This document shows positions 28,686 through 43,617 of a DNA stretch of 64,000 nucleotides, one piece after another (position 1 is the stretch's first letter; every line of letters begins with the position of its first letter). The notes under the pieces are model-generated. The model was not told where the DNA came from. It searched no databases and worked only from the letters and a program-made list of their open reading frames with translations. This DNA comes from Octopus vulgaris. Taxonomy: Eukaryota. The stretch is taken from NCBI GenBank assembly GCA_951406725.2, contig OX597817.1, positions 5,394,001 to 5,458,000 on the forward strand. The letters run 5' to 3'. The position numbers and the translations under genes are program-made.

Positions 28686-30182
28686 AAGTATGTATGTATG
28701 TATGTATCTATGTACGTATGTATGTATGTATGTATGTATGTATGTATGTATGTATGTATGTATGTATGTATGTATGTATGTATGTTTGTATGTATGTATG
28801 TGTGTATGTATGTATGTATGTATGTTTGTATGTTTGTATGTATGTATGTATACTCACGAGGAATATGCATAAACACCCACCAAGAAAATTATGAAAGCGA
28901 TCTTTCAGTTGACTGAGAAAATTCTTTTGGATTGAGGTTTTTATTTCTGATATGTTTGTCTTTTCGTTTTATACTTTACCAAATTCGCTATCGTTTCATT
29001 TTGAGGGTTCCGTGGTTTTGGGGTTTTCTTTTATAATTACAGATATATTGCTTTCTTAATATCATCCTTTTTTATGAATGTTTGCTTAAGACTTCGGACT
29101 GCTTTTCTCTTAGTGTTGGGTTTGAGTGGATTGGACCTTCTAGCAGCATCATAATGTGATGTAACCTACTATTCGTGAGTCGTAAAATTAGAAATGATTT
29201 GAAACACCTCAAATCTGCATTTTTTATACCTCGATGGGCCGTTTGTGTAACTATTTCTCATTGTTAGTGAGTGCTTCTCCCTTATAGCGTGGATTGCCAT
29301 TGATATTGAGTTTATTGGTTTGCAGATTAGCGCTTACGTTTACGGATACAAATCGATAATAGATATTCTGTTAAGTTATGTCTCTTCTAATAGATGGCTT
29401 GAACCTACGCTAGATCAAACCTACATCCGTATGGTTTGCTTGTTCCATTCTGAATGTGTCCTAGAAAAAAAACCGTATCAAATAAATAATGTAGAAGTTA
29501 CATCCAAAAGTATTAGACACTATTAGAGCGAAAGACAGTACTAGACATGTAAGGAGGAAATGGTTAATAAGAACCAACGATTATAACACTGTGATCTTAA
29601 TCGCATTGCAAGAGCTGCAAAATCTTCAATCTGTAAACAGATGACACAAATATCGTTGAGAAAAGAATAAGATAACACGTAAAATAAAGAATAGTGGAAT
29701 ATACCAGAATCATGCAAAAACAAATTAATTCCCATCATGGTGATGATTACTAAAAAAAATGATACGGATTTTATACTTTTGCTTCAAGTCCTGTGTCCTT
29801 GTAGTTTTGTATCATTTTGTTATCTTTCATTTATTATTAATCCATTTGCTTCGAGACTTGATTCTTCATATTAGTGCATTTCTTGACTCTGTGAAACAGC
29901 GTCAAGATACCGCATAAGTTTTCTTACAATGTAAATTTCGGCCTTGTTAATAATACAATTAGATTAGGAGCGCCTATCTGAACGTTAATATTTACAAGAT
30001 CCTTACTAATATCAATCAGATTTGATTTTGCTTAATTCATATAACTCATAAACACACACACGCACACACATACGAAAACACACAGAGAATACGAAGATAG
30101 GACACACATGGAGAGAGGAACAAAAAGGAAGAGAAAGGAAATTTGTCTAGAGAGAGATAAAGGGAGAAAAACCGAGCGACAC

Positions 30183-30588
<406 letters not shown>

Positions 30589-31616
30589 TGTAGGCGTTTG
30601 TGTACAGTTAGGTGCGTGCGTTAGCTGTGGTCTTAAATAAGCAGACAAAGTAGGGTTCTCCAATTGGGACGAATTTGTCTTATTTTCCAGATACTCCACT
30701 GCATTTCCTCTTGTTTTGTGATTGGTGGGTGGGATTTGAAGCGATTTCACAATTATTCATAATTTTTGTGAGACCAGAAACCATGTAGAAATGTGTCGTT
30801 GATTCGGTGCTTGTGTTAGCATGTTTACTAGCATGTATATTTGGATGTGTGTGAAAGCGTATGAAAGTGCGTTTGTGTGTATGCGAGTGTGAATGTGTAC
30901 ATGCATATACATGCACTTGCAAAGACGAGACTGCCGTGTCTAATTATAAACAGATATAGGTAAACGTCCATGTTTCAAATGCATTTGATCTGCCAGACCG
31001 TATTAGGAAAGTGTCGCTTTTATAGAGAACTTCCGAAAATAAAGACTATGGCGGATGGCATTTACTTTCACGGAAATCTTAGACGGATTTGACACTAAGT
31101 GGAATGAAAGGGAAGTAAGGCTTTGATAGAATGACTCTATAGACTCACATTTGTATACACACCCCCACACACAATCACCCAAGCATATAGTGATTTTAAT
31201 ATACATACATATATACATACACAGTCGTTTACACAAGCAAATACGAATTACACTTATACTTAAATACACACAAGGAGATATACACACAAACATGTATATA
31301 TACTGATATTTATAATTATTTATCTATTTATTTAACTACGCATCTATTTACATTTGTATGCATGCATACATACATACACAAATACACACATACACTCATA
31401 CATACATACATACATACATACATACATACATACATACATACATACATACATACATACATTCATACATGCATATTTATATAAACACACAAATACATATATA
31501 TATATTCATTTACATATATGCATATTTATATATGTATATATATGGTGCATGTATAGTTGTGTATATATGTTTACATGCATGTGTATGTATTATCATATTA
31601 CATAGATATATATATA

Positions 31617-31769
<153 letters not shown>

Positions 31770-32503
31770 GCATGTAGGAATGTATGTATGTGTGTATGTA
31801 TTTATGCAACCATATATTTATATATATATATATGTATATATGTATGTATATATGTACATATATACATATATATGTATGTATATATGTACATATATATTTA
31901 TGTATGTATGTATGTGCATAAATATATATAGTGTTAATTAATACATACGCACATGCGTGCACATACGCACATATGTGGGTGTGTCTGTGTGTGTTTATGC
32001 CTGAACGTGCATATATGTGAGTCGGTATTTCTATTTCTTCGTCATGCTTTTCATTTCGCTCGGTTCTATAGATTAATTGTAAAAGATTAAATTTCGATGT
32101 CTTGGATGATTCTTGCAGCAGATTTGAGTTCATGAAGAGAATACCATCTGGAACCGTCTAATTCCTAGGGAGACATTTACAAACGTAACTCTGTAAGCTT
32201 TCTTCATAATTTTGATATAGCAACATAAGAATGCGCTACTACACAACACAAGAATGCGCTACTACACAACACAAACATTGAATATAAACACATATGCACG
32301 CACTCACACACGAACTTATATATGTATGCACTCGCACACACATAGATACACACACTTTCTCTTTCTCGCTTGATTCTTTTCATTTCTGGTAATATTTATC
32401 ATACTATTTCTTCCCTTCTAATCGCTATTCTTCCTCCAGTTTCCTTTCGTATATATATACGTGTGTGTGTGTATTGAATCCTATAGATATATATATGTAG
32501 CGA

Positions 32504-32543
<40 letters not shown>

Positions 32544-33139
32544 CATGTGTGTGCGTGCATGCGTGTGTCTTAATATATATGTGTATGCATACGCGCATCT
32601 GTGTGCGTGTGCGCTCACTTTTGTATCATATAAAGTAGCGGTTCGACAAATTGTTCTCAGTAAAATAATTACCCGGATGAAAAATAAATTACAGGCTCTA
32701 GAAGATCGACTTAAATATTGCAAGCGGCGTCCCAGCTTGAATGCACTTCAAAGACGGTAACCAGTAACTGAATGCAATTGTATGTATGTATGTATGTATG
32801 TATGTATGTATGTATGTATGTATGTATGTATTATGTGTGTGTGTGTGTGGTAGCGCGATTTTAATGCACACATACTCATACACTCACAATCACACACGTA
32901 TACATGAACTCACACTCTTACACATACATACAAGGATTGGTGTGAAAGTGTAGTGTGTGCGGGTGAGTTTCACGCACGTGCGTTTATATAATTGTTTAAA
33001 CCTATCTGCGAATCTAAGGATAACATACTGAGTAGATTTATAACGCGGAAAATCATAGTCCTTTTACTTTTGAAATACATACACGCACGCGTAGCAATAC
33101 GTATACATTCATTCATCCATATGTGTGTGTGTGTGTGTA

Positions 33140-33190
<51 letters not shown>

Positions 33191-33242
33191 CTGTGTGTGT
33201 GTGTGTGTGTGTGTGCAGATATATGTACGTATGCGTGTACGT

Positions 33243-33462
33243 ATGTGCGAGGTGGGATACTAAAAAGATCGTGGCTCTGGGTAAAAGAAAATACTGATGG
33301 ATCAGTTAATTATAACTCTATTCAACGTATTAATGCTCCAGATTCATACACCTATTACAGTGGTCCTTCAGTTTTTCGAAAACCTGTAAAAGAAGGTTGG
33401 GTCTCCAACAAGGCTTTTCGCGACACCCTCAAAGCCAGATACTTTTCTGCAGCCCCTCATAT
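33243..33462. mobile_element. mariner-type MITE
   Basis: imperfect TIRs tgcgaggtgggatactaaaaagatcgtggctctggg / ccctcaaagccagatacttttctgcagcccctcata. Confidence 0.6.
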
Positions 33463-33839
33463 TTAAACACATGCACTTATTTTTACGTTACAGCCACCGG
33501 TCTGTGGCCATGCTACATACCAGTTTCAAGAGTTTAGTAGCAAGAATCGACACAAGTACTAACCTTACAGTTTTAAGCCTGGTACATATATTTATCTGTT
33601 TCTTTTGTCAAACAGCGTTTATTTAGACGTAAAAAAAGCATCACCGGATGTCAATCGGCGTTGTGAACAAACACAAAAACATACACACTCGCACACACAC
33701 CCATACGCATACTCGCACGCATTCACGTACACACTCACGCACGCACACATACACACACACACACACATACGCACGCACACACACACGCACACATGTATGC
33801 ATGTAGATGCAGGCAGACTACGAGAAAAGAATCTTGGTC

Positions 33840-33966
33840 CCTAACCATATGATCTTGCGTTCAATTCTACTACATGGCACCTTGGGCAAATACCTTCTAC
33901 TATAGCCTCGGGCCGACCAAGTCTTGTGAATGGAGTTGGCAGACGGAAACCGTAAGAAGCTCGTCG
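33840..33966 (+). mobile_element. SINE family 1 head fragment (another decayed head on minus at ~34325-34475)
   Basis: ggcaccttgggcaaataccttctactatagcctcgggccgaccaa. Confidence 0.8.
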
Positions 33967-34010
33967 TATATATATACATACATTCATATATATCTGGATA
34001 TATATATATA

Positions 34011-34208
34011 GACGCCATGATAGATCGTTAGCCACTACACACATTTTTTCTCTCCTTGTGTCTCTCCTTGTTTTCTGAGTCCCTTTCTGTAGAAGAGCGT
34101 AGGCTCGAAACGTAAAAGACTTTTTCTATTCCTGAGCGTTATACTAATACACCTGTTTGTTTTGTACACCACGCGTCTTCGTCTTTTGTTTTTTCCGTAA
34201 ACTCTCCC
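34011..34208 (+). mobile_element. short Penelope pLTR-like repeat in (TA)n with hammerhead-like motif (inverted copy at 38787-38965)
   Basis: ttt CTGTAGA a gagc gtag gctc GAAAC GTA aaagac; (TA)n on both sides; second copy present. Confidence 0.7.
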
Positions 34209-34250
34209 TATATATATAATGTATATATATAATGTATATATATATATATA

Positions 34251-34299
<49 letters not shown>

Positions 34300-34530
34300 C
34301 ATAAGTATCATATATCATATATATGATAGCCTTCTTTCAATTCGCGTCTCCCAAATCAACTCATAAGCCTTTAGTTGACCTAGGGCTATAGCAAAAACAC
34401 ATGTTCAAGCTCCCACGTTATGAGACTTAAAGTGGAACTGTGTTGTTAAGAGGCAAATTTCTTATCACATGGCTACGTACAATTACATATACACTTACGC
34501 AAACATAAATACATACATACATTTATATAT

Positions 34531-34574
<44 letters not shown>

Positions 34575-34648
34575 ATGTATATATACATTTATATATATAT
34601 ATATATACATATATACATATATATATATATATATGCATATATAAATAC

Positions 34649-34718
<70 letters not shown>

Positions 34719-35224
34719 GCCATTGTTTTTACTATATCCGACACTTGCGTAGATTTTATGATGAGATCTTTGTGAGGGAAATGTTGACTTAGATGAATGA
34801 TGAGTGAGTTCTGGCTAAAATAAGACATATGTGAGATTCTGAAACATATGGACACCATCTCTTCACACAGGCTCTAACCATGAGTTTCCCTTCATACCTG
34901 AAAGAATGTGATACGTAACGGGACTGTTCATGTAGCAACAGGAACTTAGAAAATTTAAGAGAAGTTGGTGTATTTCTAGGAATCACTCACAAACGCACAC
35001 ACAAAAGTACGCACGCGCACGCACACAAAAACATACGCACACACACACACACACAACATACAGGGAAAATGCGTTCCAGACGAAAAAGATGTTCCAGAAG
35101 AGCAGCGAAAAAACCTTTTAAATTTCTATTTATTACATATGTATGTGTGTGCTTGTGCGCGGATGTGTAAATAATTATATTTGTACGTTTGTATGTGTGC
35201 ATGCGTGCTTGCTCATGTATGTTC

Positions 35225-35255
<31 letters not shown>

Positions 35256-35289
35256 TGTGTTTGTGTGCATATATGTTTATGTGAGCGTG

Positions 35290-36390
35290 TGACTATCTGT
35301 TGGTTACCAATTAATAATTCTACTCTCTTTACTTTTACTTTGGGTTTGGTTACATTTAAGATGAATCCTAATTCCTCAGTCTGCTGATATTCAAGTGTTT
35401 TCCACGTTTGACTTTAAAGTTAGTTCAATCTTGCTTGCTGTTTTTTTTTTTTTTGTTTTTTGTCGGGATGGTGGGGATATGCCATATATTTTTATGAATT
35501 TCCACTCCCTTTCAAATTTTCCATTTGTAAGAGAGCTCACTCTTTAATTCTCCATGGAATGTATGATTGGAACTGGAGCAGGAAAAATTTCGATCCTGAC
35601 AGCCAAAGGAAATCAATTCTGACTTCTTGTTGAGGAGTACAGTGACTGCTGTACTCCTCTTGTGAATGGATAATTCTCCAGGTCACACCAAGGAAACTTT
35701 GTATCTGATCTCTGAAATTCTAAATGAAATGTATTAGGTAAGTAGACAGTCTCCTTATCCCTAGATTTTCAAAAAAGTACATCTCCACCGTGTCTATTGA
35801 AGTCCTTTAAAGTCAACCGCAGAGTGTTCTGGTATTATTTGTTACAATATGCGTTACTCTGTATACCACATTGGAGAGATATTGGTCTCCTAGCGGACAA
35901 ATGACCCGATATACTAACATACTATTTGGGTATAGGTGTCTAATAAACTTCCTATCGTCAATCCAGTATGTCACCAAACATTACATTTAATGTACAGGCA
36001 TTAAAATTCGATAAATTTCAAGCATTCAGTGGGGTAAATTTTGTACCAAAATGTCTGTCATATGTTGGCTACTGAAATCTACCTCTATTTACAGCGATGC
36101 TTGTCCCAACATTGATACGTTTAAATAAATTTTGGTGGTTTTAAATCTGTTTTTGATTTATATTTGTACTAATGACTTTTACACACTTTTATTATTAAGA
36201 TGTACTTGACAAATTATCTTCTTGCTTTTGTCTTTGTTATTTATTATATATATATATATTTCCCACCTTAAGATATTTTAGTGTGAAGACATTAATAGAC
36301 CGAGACAGATCTGTCTTTCCTTAATGATGTATACATATCTATAAACTTAAGGTGTACAACTTCACTTGTTATAAGATTCAGGAATATATC
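35290..36390 (+). mobile_element. decayed Penelope-like element (GIY-YIG remnant plus hammerhead relic)
   Basis: AECSGIICYNMRYSVYHIGE resembles VIYxIxC..YIGET; gtgaaga..gagac agatct gtc at ~36283-36315. Confidence 0.5.
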
Positions 36391-36394
36391 TACG

Positions 36395-36812
36395 TACTCT
36401 TACTCTTTCTCTTTTACTTTTTACTTATTTCAGTCATTTGATTGTGGCCATGCTGGAGCAACGCCTTTAGTCGAGCAACTCGACCCCGGGACTTATTCTT
36501 TGTAAGCCCAGTACTTATTCTATCGGTCTCTTTTGCCAAACCACTAAGTTATGGAGACATAAACACACCAGCATCGGTTGTCAAGCAATGCTAGGGGGAC
36601 AAGCACACACACACACAAACACACACATACACATATATATACATATATACGACGGGCTTCTTTCAGTTTCCGTCTACCAAATCCACTCACAAGGCATTGG
36701 TCGGCCCGGGGCTTATAGCAGAAGACACTTGCCCAAGATGTCATGCAGTGGGACTGAACCTGGAACCATGTGGTTGGTTAGCAAGCTACTTACCACACAG
36801 CCACTCCTGCGC
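36395..36812 (-). mobile_element. SINE family 1, full length
   Basis: reverse complement of 11517-11960. Confidence 0.92.
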
Positions 36813-37011
36813 CTATGTAATATATTTTATTTTTTATTTATGCGCCCTTTTCAAGCCTAGCCAGGTTTCCTGGTTTCTGTGGTGTATACACATATACATA
36901 CACATATGCGTTTGCTTCCCAACGACATACATCTGAACAACTAATAGCTTCATGCATTCAAGATGTAACTTTTCTTTTCAGTTAGGTTATGATCGTTGGT
37001 GTGATTTGTAA

Positions 37012-37063
37012 ATAGATAGATAGATAGATAGAAAGATAGATAGATAGATAGATAAACAGTTAT

Positions 37064-37139
<76 letters not shown>

Positions 37140-37140
37140 G

Positions 37141-37180
<40 letters not shown>

Positions 37181-37182
37181 GT

Positions 37183-37232
<50 letters not shown>

Positions 37233-37234
37233 GT

Positions 37235-37306
<72 letters not shown>

Positions 37307-37340
37307 TATAGATAGATAGATAAACAAATAGATAGGCAGT

Positions 37341-37396
<56 letters not shown>

Positions 37397-37410
37397 GAAG
37401 ATAGATAGAT
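37012..37410 (+). repeat. (GATA)n microsatellite
   Basis: directly visible. Confidence 0.97.
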
Positions 37411-37499
37411 GGATCGATCGCTCGATCGATCAATGGATATGTATATGTATGTATATATCTATCTATCTATGTATCTATCTATGTATGTATACGTGCATA

Positions 37500-37653
37500 C
37501 TTGCATGATTTGTTTTGTGCATGTGTCCTCATGTATATAGTTTCATTCATATCTAGAGATACTCATATATACATAAATGATAAACTTCTGGGAAGTTTTA
37601 CAGATTTTTACAGTTCCTGTGATGGCTTGGATTGTCAGTCTTCGAATCAGCTT
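37500..37653 (-). mobile_element. RLE family B 3' fragment
   Basis: KLIRRLTIQAITGTVKICKTSQKFII matches 28440-28530; degenerate (TATG)n at 37654-37871 on its 5' side. Confidence 0.82.
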
Positions 37654-37842
37654 GTATGTATGTATGCATTCATGTATGTATGTATGTATGTATGTATGCA
37701 TGTATGCATGTATGTATGTATATATGCATTCATGTATGTATGCATTCATGTATGTATGTATATGTATGTATGTATGTATGTATGCATTCATGCATGTATG
37801 TATATGCATGTATGTATGTATGTATGCATGCATGCATGCATT

Positions 37843-37871
<29 letters not shown>

Positions 37872-37874
<3 letters not shown>

Positions 37875-38529
37875 CACCATTTTAATAACTGTTATTTTTG
37901 CAAAGTAAATGTCACAAAATTTTCTATGAAGCATAAACACAAAATTGTTTATCCCAATTTGGATTCCGCAATGAGAACTGTGCCTCACAATGGAAGTCTG
38001 CCAATTCCAGTTCCACCAGTTGATGGTATTCAAACATTAGATGATGATGCTGACTGTCATGATAGTGCTGCTGAGGAAGATTACGTGGCTGATGATGATA
38101 GTTTTGAACCTCAGAAACTTTCCTAAGCTGAACTGAATGACCATGTCTGGAATGGCAGTATGCTGGCTGACTACTGCCGGACACTTTACCGTGATCAATC
38201 AGATCAGGAACATCGCAGGAAATCCAAGTCACGATGTTTCTAACTTTGTTTTGTCTGACCCATTTTTTTGGAGTGTATTCACTCTTTGTGGAATAAAAGT
38301 AATGATAAAGTAATGATCAACTCATTTACTTTCTAAAAATAATATTCCTTATTTATTACATTAATGATTTGATATATGAAAATATGTAAATATTTGGATA
38401 TATCTACTGAAACACTGTACGTACTGCATACAAATGGAGTGAAGTCTTGAAATCAGCATGAAAAATTAATCTAAAAAATTTGGTTTGCATTCATATTGAG
38501 TATAATACATTTAATTTTGTTGACCAGTG
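37872..38529 (+). mobile_element. Chapaev3-like DNA transposon, internally deleted, with right end
   Basis: HFNNCYFCKVNVTKFSMKHKHKIVYPNLDSAMRTVPHNGSLPIPVPP and WNGSMLADYCRTLYRD; terminus ttttgttgaccagtg (rc CACTGGTCAAC). Confidence 0.78.
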
Positions 38530-38715
38530 TTATAAAATATTATTATAATTAAGGGCTACAAGATATAACCAGCACCTGCACTAGAAGTAGATGTCAAATA
38601 CCTACAATTCACGCTAAAATTTGCTTTAATTATATTTTAATTTTATCTATACGGTTACTTTTATACGCTAGGCCACTGATATAATCATTTTTTGAAAATA
38701 CGCTTAGCTTATAGG

Positions 38716-38786
<71 letters not shown>

Positions 38787-38790
<4 letters not shown>

Positions 38791-38965
38791 AGAGTTTACG
38801 AAAAAAACAAAAGACGAAGACAGGTGGTGTACAAAACAAACAGATGTATTAGTATAACGCTCAGGATTAGAAAACGTCTTTAACGTTTCGAGCCTACGCT
38901 CTTCTACAGAAAGGGATAGAGAAAAAACAAGGAGAGAAAAAAAACGTGTGTAGGGGCTAACGTAG
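38787..38965 (-). mobile_element. second copy of the 34011-34208 pLTR-like repeat
   Basis: aacgtttcgagcctacgctcttctacagaaaggga; adjacent (TA)n. Confidence 0.75.
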
Positions 38966-39331
38966 GTATAAAACAATTACTAAAAGTACTAAAAGAAAGC
39001 ATTTATTAAAGGGTTGACCGTCTGGAAATATTTCTATAAATTCATGTTCTAAGAAATTTCCTATAATTTCAATTTCTCAAGTTTATTGACATTTTTTAAA
39101 CTCTAATTTTTCGCAAATTTAAATATTCACTACGTCCAATTCATCACAATGTTAAATATTCATTGCATTCACTGCGGAGTATTCCAGTTTCATTTGCAAA
39201 ATCTCTCACTTTCTCTTTTAAGTTTTGATTCGTTATTAATGTATTCTATTGTAAAAACATTATTTATTGAATTAAAATTTTGTTTTAATAACCGTATAAT
39301 TTTTAAATGCGGAATAGCTGTGAGAAGAGCA

Positions 39332-39496
39332 TAGGGCGGCGGTAAAGAATACATACACCACCCACTTTCGGCGTAACAAAAAATCCAACCCTAAGCTTTA
39401 ACCCTAACCCTAAACCCTAATCCTAACCCTAAACCCTAAACCCTAAACCTAACCCTGAACACTTGGCGTACGTATTCTTTATTTTCACCGAGCCTA
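39332..39496. mobile_element. MITE-like inverted-repeat element enclosing telomere-like (CCCTAA/CCCTAAA)n
   Basis: ta-gggcggcggtaaagaatacatacacca ... tggcgtacgtattctttattttcaccgagcc-ta around ~10 degenerate units at 39386-39456. Confidence 0.7.
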
Positions 39497-39704
39497 GAAA
39501 TTCGGGTAATTACTATTAGAAGATGAGGATAAAGAAAACGAAAAGTTACCGAAAAGTACTCGAAACTGGCCCCTTATTCACAGTTTCTAAACACAACTTC
39601 AACAGTGACATGCGCACATACACACACACACACACATACTTACACACCAATGCAAAATCGTGCACACATATAGATACACATACACACAAGTGAAAGGCAA
39701 TAAA

Positions 39705-40056
<352 letters not shown>

Positions 40057-40300
40057 CTGTTCACTGACAACACTTCGTGCTGCATCACTTTCGTGAAGTT
40101 TTGGCAGTGGACAGATGACGACGAAAATATTTTGACACAAATGAACCTTTAATGGTGAAGTGAAACTATCGGTATTTATATATCCTTGAATGGTTTACAA
40201 ATATCTTACACGCTGCAATTGTTTCAGTTGCAGCTCACAATCGCAGATCAAGGCACTCTCTATGCAAGTGCATCTCCATCACTTGTTTTAATCATTGTGG
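40057..40300 (+). mobile_element. dispersed repeat, same family as the 62925-63444 fragments (probable Penelope pLTR)
   Basis: cgacgaaaatattttgaca..tgaagtgaa..cacgctgcaattgttt..tatgcaagtgcatctcc shared. Confidence 0.65.
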
Positions 40301-41024
40301 ATAAATGCCAGCAATGACCTTCACAGGCTCACCAATATTTTAACTTCTAAACAGAAACAATCGGGGCCAGGGAGTAGGTTTGCAAACAATTCATAATTTT
40401 AAAAAATTTATTTTTTATAACATATAAATGTATTTATGGGGAAAATATTGAAAAACATTAATAGATGCGTGAGTAATAAAGAAACGAGGAGGCTTGTCTT
40501 CAGATGTGCTAGAAGCAACAACCATATCGCCCTTAAATCCCTTTTCCCTCTGAAAATATTAACAATTCTTTTCTTTTCACCGAAAAATTTCAAAACTTTT
40601 TCATACAAAGATGCCCCACCAACCCCATCATTTCGAAGGCTTTGGTTTAAAAATATGGTGAAAAATCCCTGAAAAAAAAGTCCCCACAAATTTCTTTATA
40701 ATCGTAATCTAAGCCGTATGAAAGGGATTTGTATATATTGTCATTAAAAGGTACCCAACTTCCTGAAAGTTATGAGGGAAAAATGTCAGATCATGTGAAA
40801 TTTCTGAAAATCCTCTCTCCACTGCTTTGCAAAAATCCTTTCCCATAAATCCCTTTATACTCTGAAGCCACAACATGTAAGCGGTATTTGTAGAAAATTT
40901 TGTTAAAAAAGTATCCATTTCTTAGGGTGTTATGAGGTAACAAAATCGGGTGCGTATACATCTGTAGCAATGTTATTTTATTCATACGATTTTTTCCTTT
41001 CATGTTTATTTCATGCATTGTTTG

Positions 41025-41111
<87 letters not shown>

Positions 41112-41929
41112 CACACATAGCGAAGCTTACAGATGGGCTGCAAAGCTGCAACAACTATGTTGCTTTGAAGTGAAGGTTAAAACTTGACAAACTACTTCTC
41201 CCTCTGTTGTTGGACTACAGTGATATTTGTTTAAAAGAGAGAGATTATGACTGTGATAAAATAATGAAAGCGATATTTACTAAGCAGGTGAGCACTATTA
41301 TATAAAGAAATAATTAGACGTAAAATATAAAAATTATTAGAAATGAGAATCAAATGTGAAAATGTTATCAAGGGGTTAACAGAAACCTGACCCCACCCCC
41401 GAAGGGCGGACTATCTGCTAGTATATACATACACACACACACGCACACATGCACGCACACACACACATTCACGCACACACACATACACATACACACACAT
41501 ACACACACACACACACACACATACACACATATATATATATATTATGCACAAACTTTTTAGGTTCTCATACTGAATTTCAAATTTTTGGCAAGCTGCGAGT
41601 ATGTATATCTTTGGTTGCTGATCTGCAAACATCTATGTTATTCCTATAGCAGTTTTACAACATAAGACGGACGGTGTCACCGGTGTTGTTTATTGATCAG
41701 AAATCAGGAAATTTCAGACTCACGGCTTGTCTGCAAAACTCGCAGATTTATTTGTGAACTTTCGGTGTTTATTTAATATGCTAAATATGTTATACAAACA
41801 AGGAAGTAGTCCTCGGTGATGCTGAAGTCTAGAGAGAGAGTAGGGAAACGGAGTGAGTGACATAAAGAAAGGGCTAAAGGGAGAAACTCTTAGCCTGTCT
41901 ACTCACGCTTCGACATATCGCTAGCAGAG

Positions 41930-43200
41930 CTTACCACACCATAACCGCAGTAGCACTCCTCCATTTAATAACAGCTGTACTGGTCCTCGAACAGAACGGA
42001 TTTGGCATATAATTCGGCAAACCAGCAATGATAGTTGCCTCGTCTGATGAGCAGCAGCGTACGCATTGACAGAATTTCCCCTTTAACTTTCTCTTACAGA
42101 ATATAGTGAAAAACAACACTAAAATGACTTAAACAATTTGGTCTGATCCAACAGATTTATATGAATAAACCACTGCAACATTAGTGTCTTTTGCAATCCA
42201 TGCACATGTAGATGATTATCATTAGCTCAAGAATCAACAGATTCTCTTCTTCAACTGGAAATTGTAAAATATTTGATGCGTTTTAGCTACATGTAAAACT
42301 CATTTACAGTATCTCATGGTTTTCCAGGTTCCTATAACAAGTTAACTTACTTCCACTTCTTTCTCACAGCAGCGTCATTATCCATTCAAACCAGTGTAAT
42401 ATTCATTCAAGGAAGAATTTTAATTCCCGATTACCGTGTATCATACAACGCATAAAGTACTTGGCTAACTTTCCAAACACATTTATGAAAGCTTTTTTTC
42501 TATTAACACTGTAATTTGAACCCTGTCATCTTTCAATACTCACATTAATGTCTATTTTCAAATCTATAAACCATTTCTTTTTCTTCGGCTGTAACGGCGT
42601 TACAAGGACTAGCAATTGCAATTTCAGCGTCTTTTTCCAAGCAACACATCAATTACACAGATAATTATGCTGACAAAGCTTCTCTATTGACTAACTTTAG
42701 CAACTATTCAAATCGTAATAGTGTGAGTCGCACAGTGTTTATCCAATAGTAACTTTTGTGGAATATAACAGCTTATGGGGACAGAAGCCATTGCAACTTC
42801 AGTAGCAGCACATTTTATGCTACATGTCCATTGATATATCACCATCCACATCACTTCAATCATGTACAACATGCTAAAACCCTTGCAGTTAGAGTGTCTC
42901 ACACGTTACACAATTTCAGACAGCATAACAGTATCATGGAAGCAAACAAAATGTCCTTTCACTACGGAATTCGTATCAACTAGTTTCCCTAATATCTCAT
43001 TTTGAGCTAGTTTTCCGTAGAAACATTGTGTTTATTTTTTCTTCACTTTTCTTTTTTCTCCACAGTGATATCATCCAGTGATTCTAACCTGAACATTAAT
43101 TCACAAACACTATTTATAGTACGTTTTCTACAACACACGAATTATTAAATCGATTTTTCAGATGTATTTATGTAAATCTGTTTTATTATTTGTAATTGGA
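41930..43200 (-). pseudogene. possible hAT-type transposase remnant
   Basis: PQKLLLDKHCATHTI resembles the hAT HCxxHxxxL motif; heavily decayed. Confidence 0.35.
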
Positions 43201-43407
43201 AAACTAATTTACTGTCCAATTTCAAACTTACACCTGTGAGTGTATATATATATATACACGTTTGCATGAGTGTACGTGTGTAGATGTTGTGAACGCAGGT
43301 TTAAATCTATGTATTGTGAGAATATGGTCACGTATATTTTTTATCTTTTTTCTTTCGCCTCCTATAAAAGCTACTTCCCTTTCATTTAAGGTTTCTTATA
43401 GCATCTA

Positions 43408-43483
43408 TTGCCATTAATAGCCGACGAGAATGTATAGTACCTCTTCGCTCCGACATTCGAAACTCCGAGTATTATAATGGCAA
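43408..43483 (+). ncRNA. type I hammerhead-ribozyme motif (one core substitution)
   Basis: ttgccattaatag CCGACGA gaatgt..acattc GAAAC tccga GTA ttataatggcaa. Confidence 0.7.
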
Positions 43484-43573
43484 CCTTTTACTGTTTGCTC
43501 TAAATTATAACATAAATAAAATAATCCTCAATTTCTCTAATATCGAGGTCTCATTCTTTTGTTGTTACATTTC

Positions 43574-43617
<44 letters not shown>

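Noticed and set aside
39386-39456. True telomere
   Set aside because: Short, degenerate, interstitial and enclosed by inverted repeats
40300-41000. Possible Tc1/mariner remnant (SHDLTFFPHNFQEVGYL)
   Set aside because: Resemblance to SPDLxPxDFxLWGYLK is too weak to call
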